Part shown: positions 1 through 12,692 of the stretch, piece after piece
How positions within the stretch are numbered: the stretch's first letter is position 1
How the letters are laid out: each line of letters begins with the position of its first letter
Assembly: GCA_951406725.2 (NCBI GenBank)
Contig: OX597821.1
Span: forward strand, 94,054,001-94,118,000
Direction: 5' to 3'
Length of the DNA: 64,000 bases
From: Octopus vulgaris
Taxonomy: Eukaryota
Made by a program: the position numbers and the translations under genes
Notes under the pieces: model-generated
What the model was told of the DNA's origin: nothing
Database searches by the model: none
The model's input: the letters and a program-made list of their open reading frames with translations, nothing else

Positions 1-290
1 TGTGTTCAATTATAAAGCACAAAAAGAAAATGACTCTCCCCAGACACAACAGAATATGCTTCAACACACAAACTCATATAAAGAATCTTGCAAAGCAAAT
101 CCAAAAATGAAATATAGTTCTACTGATAAATAAGAGAAGATTCCATCTATTATATCTTTTATATTTCACAATTGAACAAAGACAAACATCATAAAATAGA
201 TATCTGTCTGTTGCAATAAATCATTATTATTATGTTTATGATGTATTTTCTTTATTTAACTAATTCTCCAATTCTTCTCTGTATTGTCAG

Positions 291-380
291 TCATTTTATG
301 AAGATCGCTTTGATGTTGGAAATGTTGTTATGGTGAAAGATTCAAACACTGTAGAACGACAAAAGCAAGATCCCGAAAAG
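291..380 (+). CDS. DOCK7: DOCK-C (DOCK6/7/8-like) GEF, DHR-2 exon: SFYEDRFDVGNVVMVKDSNTVERQKQDPEK
   Basis: Polypyrimidine-tcag acceptor, gtaagt donor at 381, 90 nt, phase 0-0. Peptide resembles DOCK7/8 'FY...FG...VEVIKDS.PV...KLDPNK' and joins the next exon in frame. The gene begins upstream of the window. Confidence 0.9.
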
Positions 381-619
381 GTAAGTCTTTCAGTTTAGCA
401 ATAAAAAAGATGAATGAAAATACCACACTCATTGCAGCAACTCATTTGTTTGTCATCATTAGAGTGTGCTAAGCAAAGTCTAATCAACCTAGTTGAGAAC
501 ATACCTGAACGTAGAGGTACTGGGTTCAAGTGTAATGGTTTCAACTACTAGTAATCGAAACTAGTTGGGATTTCAGAAATTGTTGTATGGATAAGGTGTC
601 AAACTGACTTATTATGCAT

Positions 620-1232
620 TCATCATTATCATCATCGTTTAACATCCGTTTTCCATGCTAGCATGAGTTGGACGGTTCGACCGGGGTCTGGGAAGCCAGG
701 AGGCTGTACCAACTCCAGTCTGATCTGGCAGTGTTTCTACAGCTGAATGCCTTTCCTAACGCCAACCACTCCGTGAGTGTAGTGGGTGCCTTTTACGTGC
801 CACTGGCACAGGGGCCAGAGGAGGCTGGCAACGGCCACGATTGGTTGGTGCTTTTTAAGTGCCACTGGCACGGAAGCCAGTCAAGGTGGCACTGGCATTG
901 GCCACGTTTGGATGGTGCTTTTTACGTGCCACTGGCACAGGCATCACAACTACAATTTCCGTTTGATTTTTATTTTGATGTTGATGTACTAGACTCAATA
1001 GGTCTCAAGCACAGCAGGTCACCCTGTGATCCAAGGTAAGCACAGCTGGTCGTTCTACAATCCAAGGTACTTTGAATGGGCTGGGGCTGGTTATGTGAAG
1101 CTAGTGTAGGATACGCTGTGGACTCACTTTATTTATCAGGTCTTCGCAGTCACAGCATATCTCCAGAGGTCTCTGTCTTTCGTCATTGCTTCTGTGAGGC
1201 CCAACGTTCGAAGGTCATACTTGACCACCTCA
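620..1232 (-). mobile_element. 5'-truncated RTE-clade LINE 3' end
   Basis: Minus strand encodes an RTE-like C-terminus EVVKYDLRTLGLTEAMTKDRDLWRYAV, then a 3' UTR with tandem ~55-nt units, GGAAGGGCATCCAGC and a (GAT)n tail. Confidence 0.75.
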
Positions 1233-1469
1233 CTCCTCTCTTTATCTAGGTGTCAATAAGAATAGCTATCAATTCATATAGAAATGTTACCTGAGGTAGA
1301 CCTGATCCTGAAATAGATTTATCTCTCAACAGTGTAATGCTATGAAAATTGAACAAAATACTGACCTCCAAACGGAAGACATTTTTATCATTCTATATAC
1401 ATGGCTGTGTTGTTAAGAAGTTTGCTTCCTATTTGAATAGTTTTAGGTTCACCCCTGCTATGTAGTACG

Positions 1470-1975
1470 GGATTCAAGCCTCTTCTCCTTATCTCCTCAA
1501 AGACATACAACATCTCGAAAGAGTCCAGAAGCTGGCTACCCGCATGGTTCTTGGTCTCAAGAATTTGTCTTATGAAGAAAGGCTGAAGACGCTCGACCTT
1601 TATTCTCTAGAAAAACGACGCCACCGTGGTGATCTCATTCTTGCTCACAACATCATAAGCGGAAAGTGTAACCTCTCGAAGGAGCTGTTCTTCACTCTTG
1701 CTCCAGAGCGTCGGCTGCGGGGTCACTCCGAAAAGCTCTATCTGCTACGATTTCATCTCAATCGAAGGAGAGGGGCTTTCTTCGTCCGGGTTGCGGATCC
1801 GTGGAATAAGCTGCCGGACGAGATAGTGAAGATGCCGACGACCGCTCAGTTCAAAGTCTCCCTTGACCACAAGTGGCCTGAACTCTTTACATGAACACCA
1901 CCCTGTACATAACTCCATGTCCCCCTACATGGCCTTGCTTTTTGCTTTTTGAGCCAAAAAAATTAACTAACTAAC
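1470..1975 (+). mobile_element. CR1-clade LINE 3' fragment
   Basis: PYLLKDIQHLERVQKLATRMV.GL..LSYEERLK.LDLYSLEKRR.RGDLI...WNKLP is the canonical CR1 ORF2 C-terminus. Short (CTAA)n tail. Inserted into an older SINE. Confidence 0.9.
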
Positions 1976-2467
1976 ATGTATTCCTTGGGCTGTCTTCTGC
2001 TACAGCCTCAGACTGACCAAAATTTTTTGTAATCAGGTGACACATTGTGTTTTTGAGCAAAACACTTCATTTCACATTGTTCCAGTTCACCCAACTGGCA
2101 AAAGTGAGTAACCCTGCAACAGACTGGTATCCCATCCAAGTAGGGAATATATACACCACAGAAACTGGCAAACCAGCCCTACGTGTATATATAACTCAGA
2201 AAGGATCTTTATCATTATCTCTTTATTCTACACACTACATGTTTTCCTCTATTATTGCAAATCTCTATATCTGTAAGGCTCCGTTTCTATCAAGCTATGT
2301 CGCTTTAAAATTCTATTACTAAAACTTCTGTCATTATAGAAATTTATCATAAAACTACTACTATAAAATTCTGCCACTGTAAAGCTCTAATGTCATCAAG
2401 GTATGCCATTGTAGCTCTGTTACTGTATCTCTCTCTATTTCTATTAATCTCAATAACACTGAAAAGT

Positions 2468-2820
2468 TCATCATCATCATCGTTTAACGTCCGTTCTCCA
2501 TGCTAGCATGGGTTGGACAGTTCGACCGGGGATCTGGGAAGCCAGAAGGCTGCACCAGGCTCCAGTCTGATCTGGCAATGTTTCTACAGCTGGATGCCCT
2601 TCCTAACGCCAACCACTCCGTGAGTGTAGTGGGTGCTTTTTACGTGCCACCTGCACAGGTGCCAGGCAAGGCTGGCAACGGCCACGGTCGGATTGGTGCA
2701 TTTTACGTGCCACCGGCACGGAAGCCAGTCGAGGCGGCGCTGGCATCGGCCACGAGTCGGATAGTGCTTTTTACGTACCACCAGTCCAGGGGTCCTGGCA
2801 TCTGCCGGGTGCCAGTCATT
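2468..2820 (-). mobile_element. RTE 3' UTR fragment
   Basis: Same family as 620-1232. (CAT)n tail on the + strand and tandem units. Confidence 0.8.
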
Positions 2821-3025
2821 CTACTTCTAAAAATCATTACGAAGTTCTATTACTATCTATCTTTCTTCCACTACAACCACCGTGAAGATCTATCTGTATC
2901 AACCTCTCTACACTATAACCATTATAAAGTTCTGTTGTCAAGCTCAGTCAGTATTAAAATGTGCTTTTATTAAGTTCTGTCGTTATAAAGATTGTCGTCC
3001 TCATGTTATTTTACTTTCTTACCAG

Positions 3026-3116
3026 GCTTATATACAAATCACTTACGTTGAGCCCTATTTTGATGCCTACGAAATGAAGGACCGGGTGACCTATTTTGAG
3101 AAGAACTATAACATAA
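3026..3116 (+). CDS. DOCK7: DOCK-C exon: [30 protein letters not shown]
   Basis: ccag acceptor, gtatgt donor, 91 nt (phase 0 to 1). Near-identical to the DOCK6/7/8 AYIQITxVEPYFD motif. Confidence 0.95.
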
Positions 3117-3589
3117 GTATGTGTAAAGATTTTCTTTCTCTTTTAAGATATTGGTGAAACAGTGTATGCATGTGTGTAAATGTGTGCGTGTGTATGGTTT
3201 ACTTTTCTGTTATGATAAGGTCAACAGAAAAATATTCCATCTGGTAAGAGATAAATATTGTTTAATGTACACAGTATGTAGTTATGAGCTATTAACAGTT
3301 TCATACATTGAAGACATGGTCTAGGCAGGTTTTTATAACATGCCTAATATCTCCAAGCAGTCCTTGGGCTCTGAGCACATGGCCTATACAAATCAGAAAT
3401 CAGGACATGCGCACAGACACACGCACACACACACACATACATACATATATAGATGCATGCACACTAACATAAGCACAAATACAGAGGGGAGAGCAAAAGA
3501 CAAGAGAAGAAATAGACAAAAAAAGGAGTTGATGAACAAAACCTCTAAGAAAAGGTTTTGGTTGCTGTGTTCTGGTTGTTACTATTACC

Positions 3590-3790
3590 CAGGATCTTGC
3601 TCTTTTCTGGGCTGGTTTCCATCTCATATGTTCCTGATACTTTTTCCAGTTTGGTGGTGAGCTCCTGGAGTTCTGCTTCCTAACAGATCAATATCATCAG
3701 CAAAGTGCAGGTTTGAAATGGACCGTCCTCCAGTGGACGGTTGGAAGTCTTGGAGTGTCTCCTTCATGATGTTCTCCAGGAAGATGCTGA
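3590..3790 (-). mobile_element. RTE/BovB-like reverse transcriptase relic
   Basis: Minus strand reads GGRSISNLHFADDIDL (RT catalytic FADD motif). Confidence 0.65.
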
Positions 3791-4083
3791 AAAGCACTGG
3801 AGAGAGGAGATATCCTTGTCAAACATCCAGTATTGTCCTAAAGAATTTTCCTATGTGTTAATGATTCTGCCAGCTCACCACCTTATTTACTTAATTATAA
3901 TAATAATGATGATAACAATAATAATAATACTAATAATAATAACGGTTTCAAAGTTGACCTTGGTGGAATTTGAACTCAGAACCTAAAGATGGATGAAATA
4001 CCACTAAACATTTTACCCAATGTGCTAATGATTCTGCCAGCTCACCACCTTATTTACTTAATTATGATAATAATGATGATAAC

Positions 4084-4129
<46 letters not shown>

Positions 4130-4370
4130 CTGGGAGAACAGCACTATTTGAATTTTCATACGGTGCATCGACTACTTCAATGAGGTTATTGTTGAAGTTG
4201 TGATTCATCACCTGCCACAACCCATCATGCCAAACATGGTCAAAGTAAAGTTGTCCACATGGTGAATAGTTGTCTACTGTTAGAGTACTCTTCACAACCC
4301 TATGATATCCCTAATTTGTCCATTGTATTGATCTTCATTGAACTTTTCTGTACTTGCTATATTTTTTCAG

Positions 4371-4516
4371 AACATTTTATGTATGCCACTCCTTTCACAC
4401 AAAATGGCCGTGCACATGGAGAACTCCATGAACAGTTCAAGAGAAAAACTATTCTAACAACATCTCATGCATTTCCTTACGTTAAAACCCGACTGGCTGT
4501 TATACACAGGGAACAG
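4371..4516 (+). CDS. DOCK7: DOCK-C exon: (K)[48 protein letters not shown]
   Basis: ttttttcag acceptor, gtttgt donor, 146 nt (phase 1 to 0). Conserved DHR-2 TPFT..G.AHGEL.EQ and HAFPY.KTR motifs. Confidence 0.95.
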
Positions 4517-5523
4517 GTTTGTGTCAGCACTTTTTATCTTCTTTTGGCTTCTGTCTTTCTTTTCCTTCTTTTCTTCTGTCTTGTGTCTTCATGGTGTCTA
4601 ATTCTTCTTCTATGAATCATTTTCTTCAAATCAGGTGTGTTTTTTTTTGTATGTGTATGTTTGTGTTCCATAGACCTCTTTGTTAGACTGGTGGAACCTA
4701 CAAGATCACTTCTTTGATTATACTCTCTTGAGAAATAATCATTTTTAGATGGCAAACATTGATAGAATTAAAAAGTAATAATATATTTTGTTCTTTACAG
4801 TTGTTAATGAAGAAAATATATTTCAAGGTTTGTGAAAATGAAACTGTAAATTAATTCCATCAAAATTCATGGTTACCTTGAAATCTATCCAAAAGCATTC
4901 TCCTAGCACTCCATAGGTCATAGTTCAAGAAACACTGCTCTGAGTATAAGTATAAAGGTTAAGAGTCAATAAAGTATTTTGTGAGTTCAAATCCACTGTT
5001 AGCATTTTGAAATTTTTACCTCACTAAATCTGGCTGATGGAAAATGGTTCTTGATCATCTGAAATATTACCTGTGACATATTGACTTCTGAAGCAGAATA
5101 AATGAAAATTTATCTTTTATCTGCTTTGCCCATGAAATTGGCTTTTAGGGGCTACTTGAAGTTCAGAAAAACATTTATACTTTTTCAGTTCTTTAGATAT
5201 TTCTCCTTAAAAGGTGAAACATCCAAAGAACAATTGTTATTTCAAATAATCAACTAAAAAGATTTCTTTCATTATTTTCTTGTTAGTTTAAGACAAATTT
5301 GTATTTTGTAATAGAAACTGTTTAACCATTTTATGTAGCTATCAGAGTTAAAGATGACCTTATCAATTGGATGTCAACCAGATAGTTTACCAGAAATGTG
5401 GTACCATTCTACTTCGATGTCTAGAAACTGACTCATTCATCAATATTCTAAGTTATTCACACCAGAGGTAATGATGACTGTCTTGAAGAACTATTACTAG
5501 ATCTGGTTCCATATAGTGGTCAT

Positions 5524-5752
5524 TAACCCTTTCAATACCAACCTGGCTGAAACCAGCTCTAGCTCTGTAGTACAAATGTCTTGTTTTCATAAGTTTTGAA
5601 TTAAAATCTTCCACCAAACCTTAGATGAAATCTATGTTCCTAACACCAGCTTAATGATAACTAAGTTATTTTACTGATTTCTTTGTTATATTTAAAATTA
5701 ATTGAACGAAACACAGAGCACCTCAAAATAAATACGGTAACAAAAGGGTTAA
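5524..5752. mobile_element. piggyBac-type MITE
   Basis: TTAA-CCCTTT ... AAAGGG-TTAA termini. A related family occurs at about 8222-8450, 19947-20175, 20860-21082, 30687-30883, 30899-31131 and 32043-32255. Confidence 0.65.
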
Positions 5753-6096
5753 AATGCATATTGCCTGTATGACATTGTACACCAGTTTGAAACAGGAAAA
5801 TTATCAGGGGTATTGTAACAGGACATAAATCATATAGTCATGGATACATCACTTATAGAGTGACTACATTACTGTTTAGACTATAGAGAGTACCCGTTAT
5901 TCCTTCTTTCTCAAATTAGATCTCAAATAATACTTAATTTAAGGACGGGCTCTGGCAGTTGATAGATTTGTGGTCCTAATTCTGCCAACAGGTCTATTTC
6001 CCTTCTTCTGTCCCAAATTGGTACTTGTAATGTCTAATGTCACATTACAATAAAATCTCTGCTGTTGATTTATAATATTGCCTTTATATTTTCCAG

Positions 6097-6240
6097 ATTA
6101 TACTTTCGCCTATTGAAGTAGCAATAGAAGACGTTCAGAAGAAGACCAAAGAATTGGCACTTGCATTGAGTCAGGAACCACCTGACCCCAAGATGTTACA
6201 GATGGTGCTACAAGGTTGCATTGGGACAACAGTAAATCAG
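6097..6240 (+). CDS. DOCK7: DOCK-C exon: [48 protein letters not shown]
   Basis: ttccag acceptor, gtatga donor, 144 nt. Contains PIEVAIED and LQMVLQG..GTTVNQ, with the nucleotide-sensor Val of DHR-2 retained. Confidence 0.95.
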
Positions 6241-6288
6241 GTATGACTGGATTTAGGTTTAAACTGAAGTATTGAACTTTGGATATAT

Positions 6289-6289
<1 letters not shown>

Positions 6290-6320
<31 letters not shown>

Positions 6321-6618
6321 TTAGCGTCCGCTTTCCATGCTAGCATGGGTTGGACGGTTCAACTGGGGTCTGGGAAGCCAGAATGCTGCACCAGGCCCAG
6401 TCTGATTTGGCAGTGTTTCTACAGCTGGATGCCCTTCCTAACGCCAACCACTCCGTGAGTGTAGTGGGTGATTTTTACGTGCCACCCGCACAGGTGCCAG
6501 ACGGGGCTGGCAAACGGCCACAGACGGATGGTGCTTTTTACGTGCCACCCGGCACGGAGGCCAGTCGGGGCGGCGCTGGCAACGGACATGGTTGGGTGGT
6601 GCTTTTTACGTGCCACTG
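6290..6618 (-). mobile_element. RTE 3' UTR fragment
   Basis: Same family, three tandem units, (CAT)n tail. Confidence 0.8.
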
Positions 6619-7170
6619 TAAATTTGTTTGCTCAGTTTATACACCAGGTATGATATTACTACTGCTCTTATGTCATTCATCATCTTTCATTCAAAATGAT
6701 TTCTGACAACTGCCAGGATAGTAGATCTAGAGTACTTATGACTACCAATTTCTATTTGTATATTCTTCATACTTACGGCTTCTGTTTATTGGTGCTGCTT
6801 TATCATTATAAATCATTGTTTCTTTCTCAATATCTTTCAGTATTGTATGGTTATGTTTGAAGAACTGTGTTTCTTACTGCTTGACTATGTCTTGCAGAAG
6901 TTCAGTGCTTCCAATTCTTGCCAAAATATCTGCCTTCATTCTATGCCAAAGTACATCTCCATGGCAATTATTTTCCTTTTATCAAACATGCAAATTATCC
7001 AAGTCTAACAATTATATAGTAATAATACCTTGATTGACTTTACATTAATAGTAATTAAAACTGAAGATTGTTTATAAAATTGCTATTATGAAAATTTAAT
7101 GTCAAGTGTGTGTGTGTAAATAACTATCTTATATCAAGTATCAATAAGATAACTTTAAAAAAAACACATC

Positions 7171-7579
7171 AGGTGCAGGAGTGGCTGTGTGGTAAGTAGC
7201 TTGCTTACCAACCACATGGTTCTGGGTTCAGTCCCACTGCATGGCACCTTGGGCAAGTGTCTTCTACTATAGCCTCGGGCCGACCAAAGCCTTGTGAGTG
7301 GATTTGGTAGACAGAAACTGAAAGAAGCCCGTCGTATATATGTATATATATGTGTGTGTGTGCGTGTATGTTTGTGTGTCTGTGTTTGTCCCCCTAGCAT
7401 TGCTTGACAACCGATGCTGGTGTGTTGACGTCCCCGTCACTTAGCAGTTCGACAAAAGACACCGATAGAATAAGTACTGGGCTTACAAAGAATAAGTCCC
7501 AGGGTCGAGTTGCTTGACTAAAGGCGGTGCTCCAGCATGGCCGCAGTCAAATGACTGAGACAAGTAAAAGAGTAAAGAG
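7171..7579 (+). mobile_element. tRNA-derived SINE family A (CORE-like segment, internal TA/TG microsatellite)
   Basis: Head with A/B-box-like TGGCTGTGTGG ... GGTTCAGTCC, CCTTGGGCAAGT, (GTAAAAGA)n tail. At least 12 copies in the window. Confidence 0.85.
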
Positions 7580-7891
7580 CATCAAATCTGTTTTTAAAAC
7601 ATTGTCAATGGAAGCTAATATTTTATTTGGTTGAAAAAAAATTTCAACCCATAGCTTTTTCCAACTCTGCAAGACAAGAAATGAGGTAACTTAGCAAGAT
7701 TAGTGTAAATAATAGTTGATTACATTTGGTAAAATAGAAGAAAGATATATGAGCAGCAGCAGGCAGGCTGCAAGTCGAAGTAAGAGAGACTCTCTCACAT
7801 GTTTACTATGAAGTCTGGTTGGGTAAGAGACAGAATGTGAGAAGCAGTAATATGTGAAATAGAAATCAGAGCATTGAGTAAGGTTTTAAAT

Positions 7892-8219
7892 CAGGGGTTC
7901 TCAACCATTTTTAATCTATGAACCCCTTTGATTACTATTTTATCTTGGTGGACCTCCATAGCCATTTGGTGTTTAAAAACTAATTTTATAGAAACTTCTT
8001 TCAAAATTCTTATTTTGTTTTTCACACAATCGCTTGTGTAGGTTAAACTATGTAAAACATTAGAGAAAGAAACCTATTCCTTGTAATATTTATACCAATA
8101 CATACATGTAAATCAAAATTTTCTCAGGGGCCCTTTAATACTATTGTAGAGCCCCAATTTACTATTTTCTTTGTGTGAACCTCCCAAAATCATATATGGA
8201 CCCCAGTCGAGAACCACTG
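7892..8219. mobile_element. hAT-type MITE
   Basis: CAGGGGTTCTCAAC ... GTCGAGAACCACTG terminal inverted repeats. Confidence 0.65.
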
Positions 8220-8551
8220 CTTTAACCCTTTAGTGTTCGCATTATTCTACCAAAATTAATCCCTTTTTATCCTCATTGCCTTGAACTAATCATGCATTAT
8301 CTTGTAGCTATGAAATTTTGATGAGGTAGCTGTTAATTTTAAAAATGATATTGTAAGGCTGGTGTGAGAGACCAGATCTGGCCAGTTTGAACATAAAACA
8401 GGCAGAATACTTTTGGCCGGATATGGCCAGTTTAAATGCTAAAGGGTTAAATATACCCGTGGGGTGGGGGCTGTAAAGAAAGAGCAGAAGCTGCTGCTGC
8501 TGTAGTGGCACTATGGTTTCACATTGTTTTCCTCTCTTCTTTCATCTTCAG

Positions 8552-8655
8552 GGTCCAGTAGAGATTGCTCTTGTATTCCTTAAAGCTGAACCAAACCAAA
8601 CCCATGGAAAACATCATAACAAACTTAGATTGTGCTTTAAAGAATTTTTGAAACG
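8552..8655 (+). CDS. DOCK7: DOCK-C exon: [34 protein letters not shown](R)
   Basis: tcttcag acceptor, gtaata donor, 104 nt (phase 0 to 2). [12 protein letters not shown] is characteristic of DOCK6/7/8. Confidence 0.95.
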
Positions 8656-9419
8656 GTAATATCCTCACACAATTTTTTTTTTTTTTTTTTTTTTTACTTT
8701 TTTTACTTTAATCAAAAGAAAATAAGAAAATAGTTTTATTTTGTCTTTTTGATTCATCAATATCTTCTAAAAACATTATTAGCCAACAAGTGAATCTGTA
8801 AGTATTTGCTAAATCTGCTAGAAACAGCAGGCAAATTTCCCTCTTATCACATGTTATGTTACCAACTTAAAAAAAAAGAAATGATACATTGGATAACATA
8901 AACAGAGGGACATGTGTGAAGGAAAATGGTGGGATGGCCATTACTGGAATGCCTTTGATCATATGTTTGTTCAACGGCAGCTGATCTAGAGCTAAACAAC
9001 AACAAAAATGTTATGAATTTTATAACTTTCATCATAATCCTGTTTTAAATGTCTCTTTCTGAATCAGTCTACTATTTTGAAGCTTTCAGTATGAAATGAA
9101 AACAAGTTTTAATGATTAAGGTGTTAGTACTGGACTTCAGTATCTACATTCTTTCAGAATTGTTTTGCTCTATGGAGATCATGCTGTGTCAGTTATTCCT
9201 TGAATATATTTTCAATTTGATTGTAAATTCTATTCATATTTTAAAAGTATATATCATCAAAAATCATGATTGTTTTAATGTCCACTTTTCCATGCTTGCA
9301 TGGGTCAGACAGAATTTGTCCAGCTCCACCTTAGTTACTCTACTTGCTCATATAATACAAGGTAGCTATGTATCTTCTCTGCATCAAGAAACCTGTTCTT
9401 ATCCCTGATTTCATACTAG

Positions 9420-10382
9420 CTAGAATGTTCCTCATGCCATTCAATAACAACTTTAGCTGTGTGAATTGGTGCATTATCATCCTGAAAGATTGTGTTTTCC
9501 TCTGGAAACAGTTCTGCAATCATAGGATGACTTTGATCAGATAAAATGCTTAAATAGTCTTGACTATTAATTTTGCCATGAAAGGAAACCATTGGGCTGC
9601 TGGATTTCCAAGATATAGCCCCCTAGATCATATCTTCCTCCATGTTTAACAGTTGGAAGAAGGCAATCTGGGTCAAATGCTCCTTTTTGGCTGTCTCCAC
9701 ATGTATACTCGGTCGGTAGTTGCAAATATGGTAAAGGTTGACTCATCCGAGAAAGTAACATTCTTCCGCTGCTCTAGGGACCAATTCTGTAAGTTTTTAC
9801 TCCACTCTAAACGCTTTGCAACGTTTGTTTTTGAAAGTAGTGGTTTTCTGATTGCAGCCCTCCCATGAAATCCAGCTTTGTGCAGCTTCCGGTGAACAGT
9901 TTTTGTGGAAACTGGGTTCTTGGGGTGGACATTAAGCTCTGCAGTAATTTTGGGAGCTGTACTTTTGTGATCCTTTCTAACAATTCATGTAAGAGTCCAA
10001 CAGTCCCTATCTGAAAGTTTTGGTTTTCTTCTGAAGTTTTGTTTTGATGAGGAGGTTTTTCCTTCTTTCTCAAAGGTTGTCATTACTTTCGAGATAGTAC
10101 TTCTTGATACACCAAACATTTCAGCTGTTTTCATTACACTAGCGCCTGCCATACAAGCACCAATAATTTGACCTCTTTGAAAATCCAATAGATCTGTCAT
10201 TTTCATGAATTTTAATTACCTTTTTCTGATGATATCTGAAAAGAAACAGCAATTTTAGCAGAACATATTAAGCAACACTAATAATAAATCAAAAAACATA
10301 AAAATAAACAAGCTTTTGACAGTTTTATAGATATTTCAAAATTATGATACTAAGTGTTTCCATTTATTTTGTTCAACCTCTG
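9420..10382 (-). mobile_element. Degenerate Tc1-family transposon (one end missing)
   Basis: TA-CAGAGGTTGAACAAAATAAATGGAAACAC terminus at 10382. Frameshifted transposase with HTH region (FQRGQIIGA...FGVSRSTISKV), FSDES and FQDDNAPIH DDE motifs. Confidence 0.9.
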
Positions 10383-10460
10383 TATGTGTATGTGTGTTTA
10401 TAAATTAATATATATATGTATATATATATATTATCTTTTCTTTTTCTGTTTATTCTACAG

Positions 10461-10616
10461 ATGCTTGGACGCTCTACAAAGAAACAAGACACTGATAACA
10501 GTTGAGCAAAAGGAATACCAAAAAGAAATGGAGAGAACATTCCACAATATTCGTGACAAGTTGTATCCATTGATATGTTCCTCAACAGTCACACTGAAAC
10601 GAGCCAAACATAAGAG
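10461..10616 (+). CDS. DOCK7: DOCK-C exon: (R)CLDALQRNKTLITVEQKEYQKEMERTFHNIRDKLYPLICSSTVTLKRAKHK
   Basis: ctacag acceptor, gtaagt donor at 10617, 156 nt (phase 2 to 2). Matches the DHR-2 terminal helix C..AL.KNK.LI...Q.EYQ.E. Confidence 0.93.
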
Positions 10617-10918
10617 GTAAGTGAAATCATAGTTACGCCTCAGGTCTCTACTATTTATTATTATCCCTTGCTACCTTCTTCTGCCTTGTTTTTTGCACAT
10701 GTGCAGATATGCATATAGCAGGCCTCCACTTTTAGGTGTATGTAACTATAGACATTGTTTTTCTTCTCATGATATTTCATGGCATATGCATTATATAGTA
10801 CAAAATAGTAAGACTAGAGAATTAAGTTTAAAAAACTCAAGCTCTAACGCTAAAAAATTAGGACAATGGAGGCACAATGGAATGAAATGATAAGGAAATC
10901 AACTAATATATATATATA

Positions 10919-11340
10919 TCATCATCATCATCATCATCATCGTTTAGCGTCCGCTTTCCATGCTGGCATGGGTTGGATGGTGCAACTGGGGTCTGGGAAG
11001 CCAGAAGGCTGCACCAGGCCCAGTCTGATCTGGCAATGTTTCTACGGCTGGATGCCCTTCCTAACGCCAACCACTCCATGAGTGTAATGGGTGCTTTTTA
11101 CGTGCCACCGGCACAGGTGCCAGACGAGGCTGGCAAATGGCCACGATCAGATGGTGTTTTTTACGTGCCACCAGCACGGAGGCCAAGGCGCGGCTGGCAA
11201 CGGCCACGATCAGATGGTGCTTTTTACATGCCACCGGCACGGAAGCCAGTTGGGCGGCACTGGCAACGGCCACGTTCGGATGGTTCTCTTATGTGCCACC
11301 GGCACTGGTATCACAGCTGCAATTTCCATTGATGTTGATG
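10919..11340 (-). mobile_element. RTE 3' UTR fragment with four tandem units
   Basis: Same family as 620-1232. Confidence 0.8.
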
Positions 11341-11499
11341 TTGTATATATACATATATATGGTTCAAAATTGTACAAGAAACAGAAGACAGGAACAACAA
11401 ACAAGCACTTGGATCTATATAATCAACTTATCCCTCCTGAAAAATGCTAGCCTTGTGTCAAAATTTGAAACCATTATTATTATTATTATTATTATTATT

Positions 11500-11720
11500 T
11501 CAGTGGGTGAGCTGGCAGAATCATAAGCATGCTGGACAAAAAGCTTAGTGGTATTTCGTCCATCTTTACATTCTGAGTTTAAATTCCGCTGAGATCAACT
11601 TTGCCTTTCGTCCTTTTGGGGTTGATAAAATAAGTACCAGTCAAGTACTAGGGTCAGTGTAATCATCTAGTCCCCTCCCCCCCAAAATTTCAGGCCTTGT
11701 GCCCATAATAGAGAGGATTA
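11500..11720 (+). mobile_element. tRNA-derived SINE family B (MetaSINE-like domain), decayed copy
   Basis: GAGCTGGCAGAA head and GACTTTGCCTTTCATCCTTTCGGGGTCGATAAA-like core. Other decayed copies near 12490, 27005, 27495, 27660, 27960, 32595 and 33915. Confidence 0.75.
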
Positions 11721-11754
11721 TTATTGTTATTAGTATTATTATTATTATTAGTAT

Positions 11755-11920
11755 AGGCGCAAGAGTGACTGTGTGGTAAGTAGCTTGTTTACCAACCACA
11801 TGATTCCGGGTTCAGTCCCACTGCATGGCACCTTGGGCAAGTGTCTTCTACTATAGCCTTGGGCTGACCAAAGCCTTGTGAGTGGATTTGGTAGATGGAA
11901 AATGAAAGAAGCCCGTCATA

Positions 11921-11969
<49 letters not shown>

Positions 11970-12170
11970 CTGTGTTAGTCCCCCTAGCATTGCTTGACAA
12001 TCGATGCTGGTGTGTTTATGTCCCCGTCACTTAGCGATTCGGCAAAAGGGACCGATAGAATAAGTACTGGGCTTACAAAGAATAAGTCCCGGGGTCGAGT
12101 TGCTCGATTAAAGGTGGTGCTCCAGCATGGCCGCAGTCAAATGACTGAAACAAGTAAAAAGAGAGAGAGT
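11755..12170 (+). mobile_element. SINE family A
   Basis: Full-length match to the 7171 copy. Confidence 0.85.
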
Positions 12171-12648
12171 ATTGATTTGGCTCATGTTTGGTCTTAATCC
12201 TGGTAGGATTTATGTGGGTAGCAGGTTACTACCTGTAACCTTTAGGTATCCACTCGCTTTCGGTAGTCTTTCAAGTGCTTAGAACTCTCCTTATAATTTT
12301 TCCCATCCCTAAGAGGCAAACATTCTATTCCAATCTCCTTCAACCATTTGTCTGTATACCTTTGCTTACAGTTCCCAATGCACCGATTATTATAGGCACA
12401 ACCTTTTTTTTCTTTATGATCCTGGAATCAAATAGACAAGATGAATCAACTAGTAAGCAGCTTCGTTTTTACCTTTATGCCAGGCTAAATGCTTAGTGGC
12501 ATTTTGTGTGTCAATTCCACCGAGGTTGACTTTGCCTTTCATCCTTTCGGGGTCAATAAAATATGCACCAGTTGAGTAATGGGGTCAATGTAATCGACTT
12601 ACCACCTCCCCAAAAATTTCAGGCCTTGTGCCTATAGTAGAAGGATTA

Positions 12649-12692
<44 letters not shown>

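Noticed and set aside
668-1039. Recurrent ~120-aa ORFs (MDGSTGVWEARR..., also at 2500, 6350, 10973, 24033) as a gene family
   Set aside because: They are antisense frames of the RTE 3' UTR repeat, with variable frameshifts and mostly non-ATG starts.
7155-7400. ORFs of the MLGGQTQTHKHT.../RRASFSFRLPNPLTRLWS type in many places
   Set aside because: Translations of SINE family A, not proteins.
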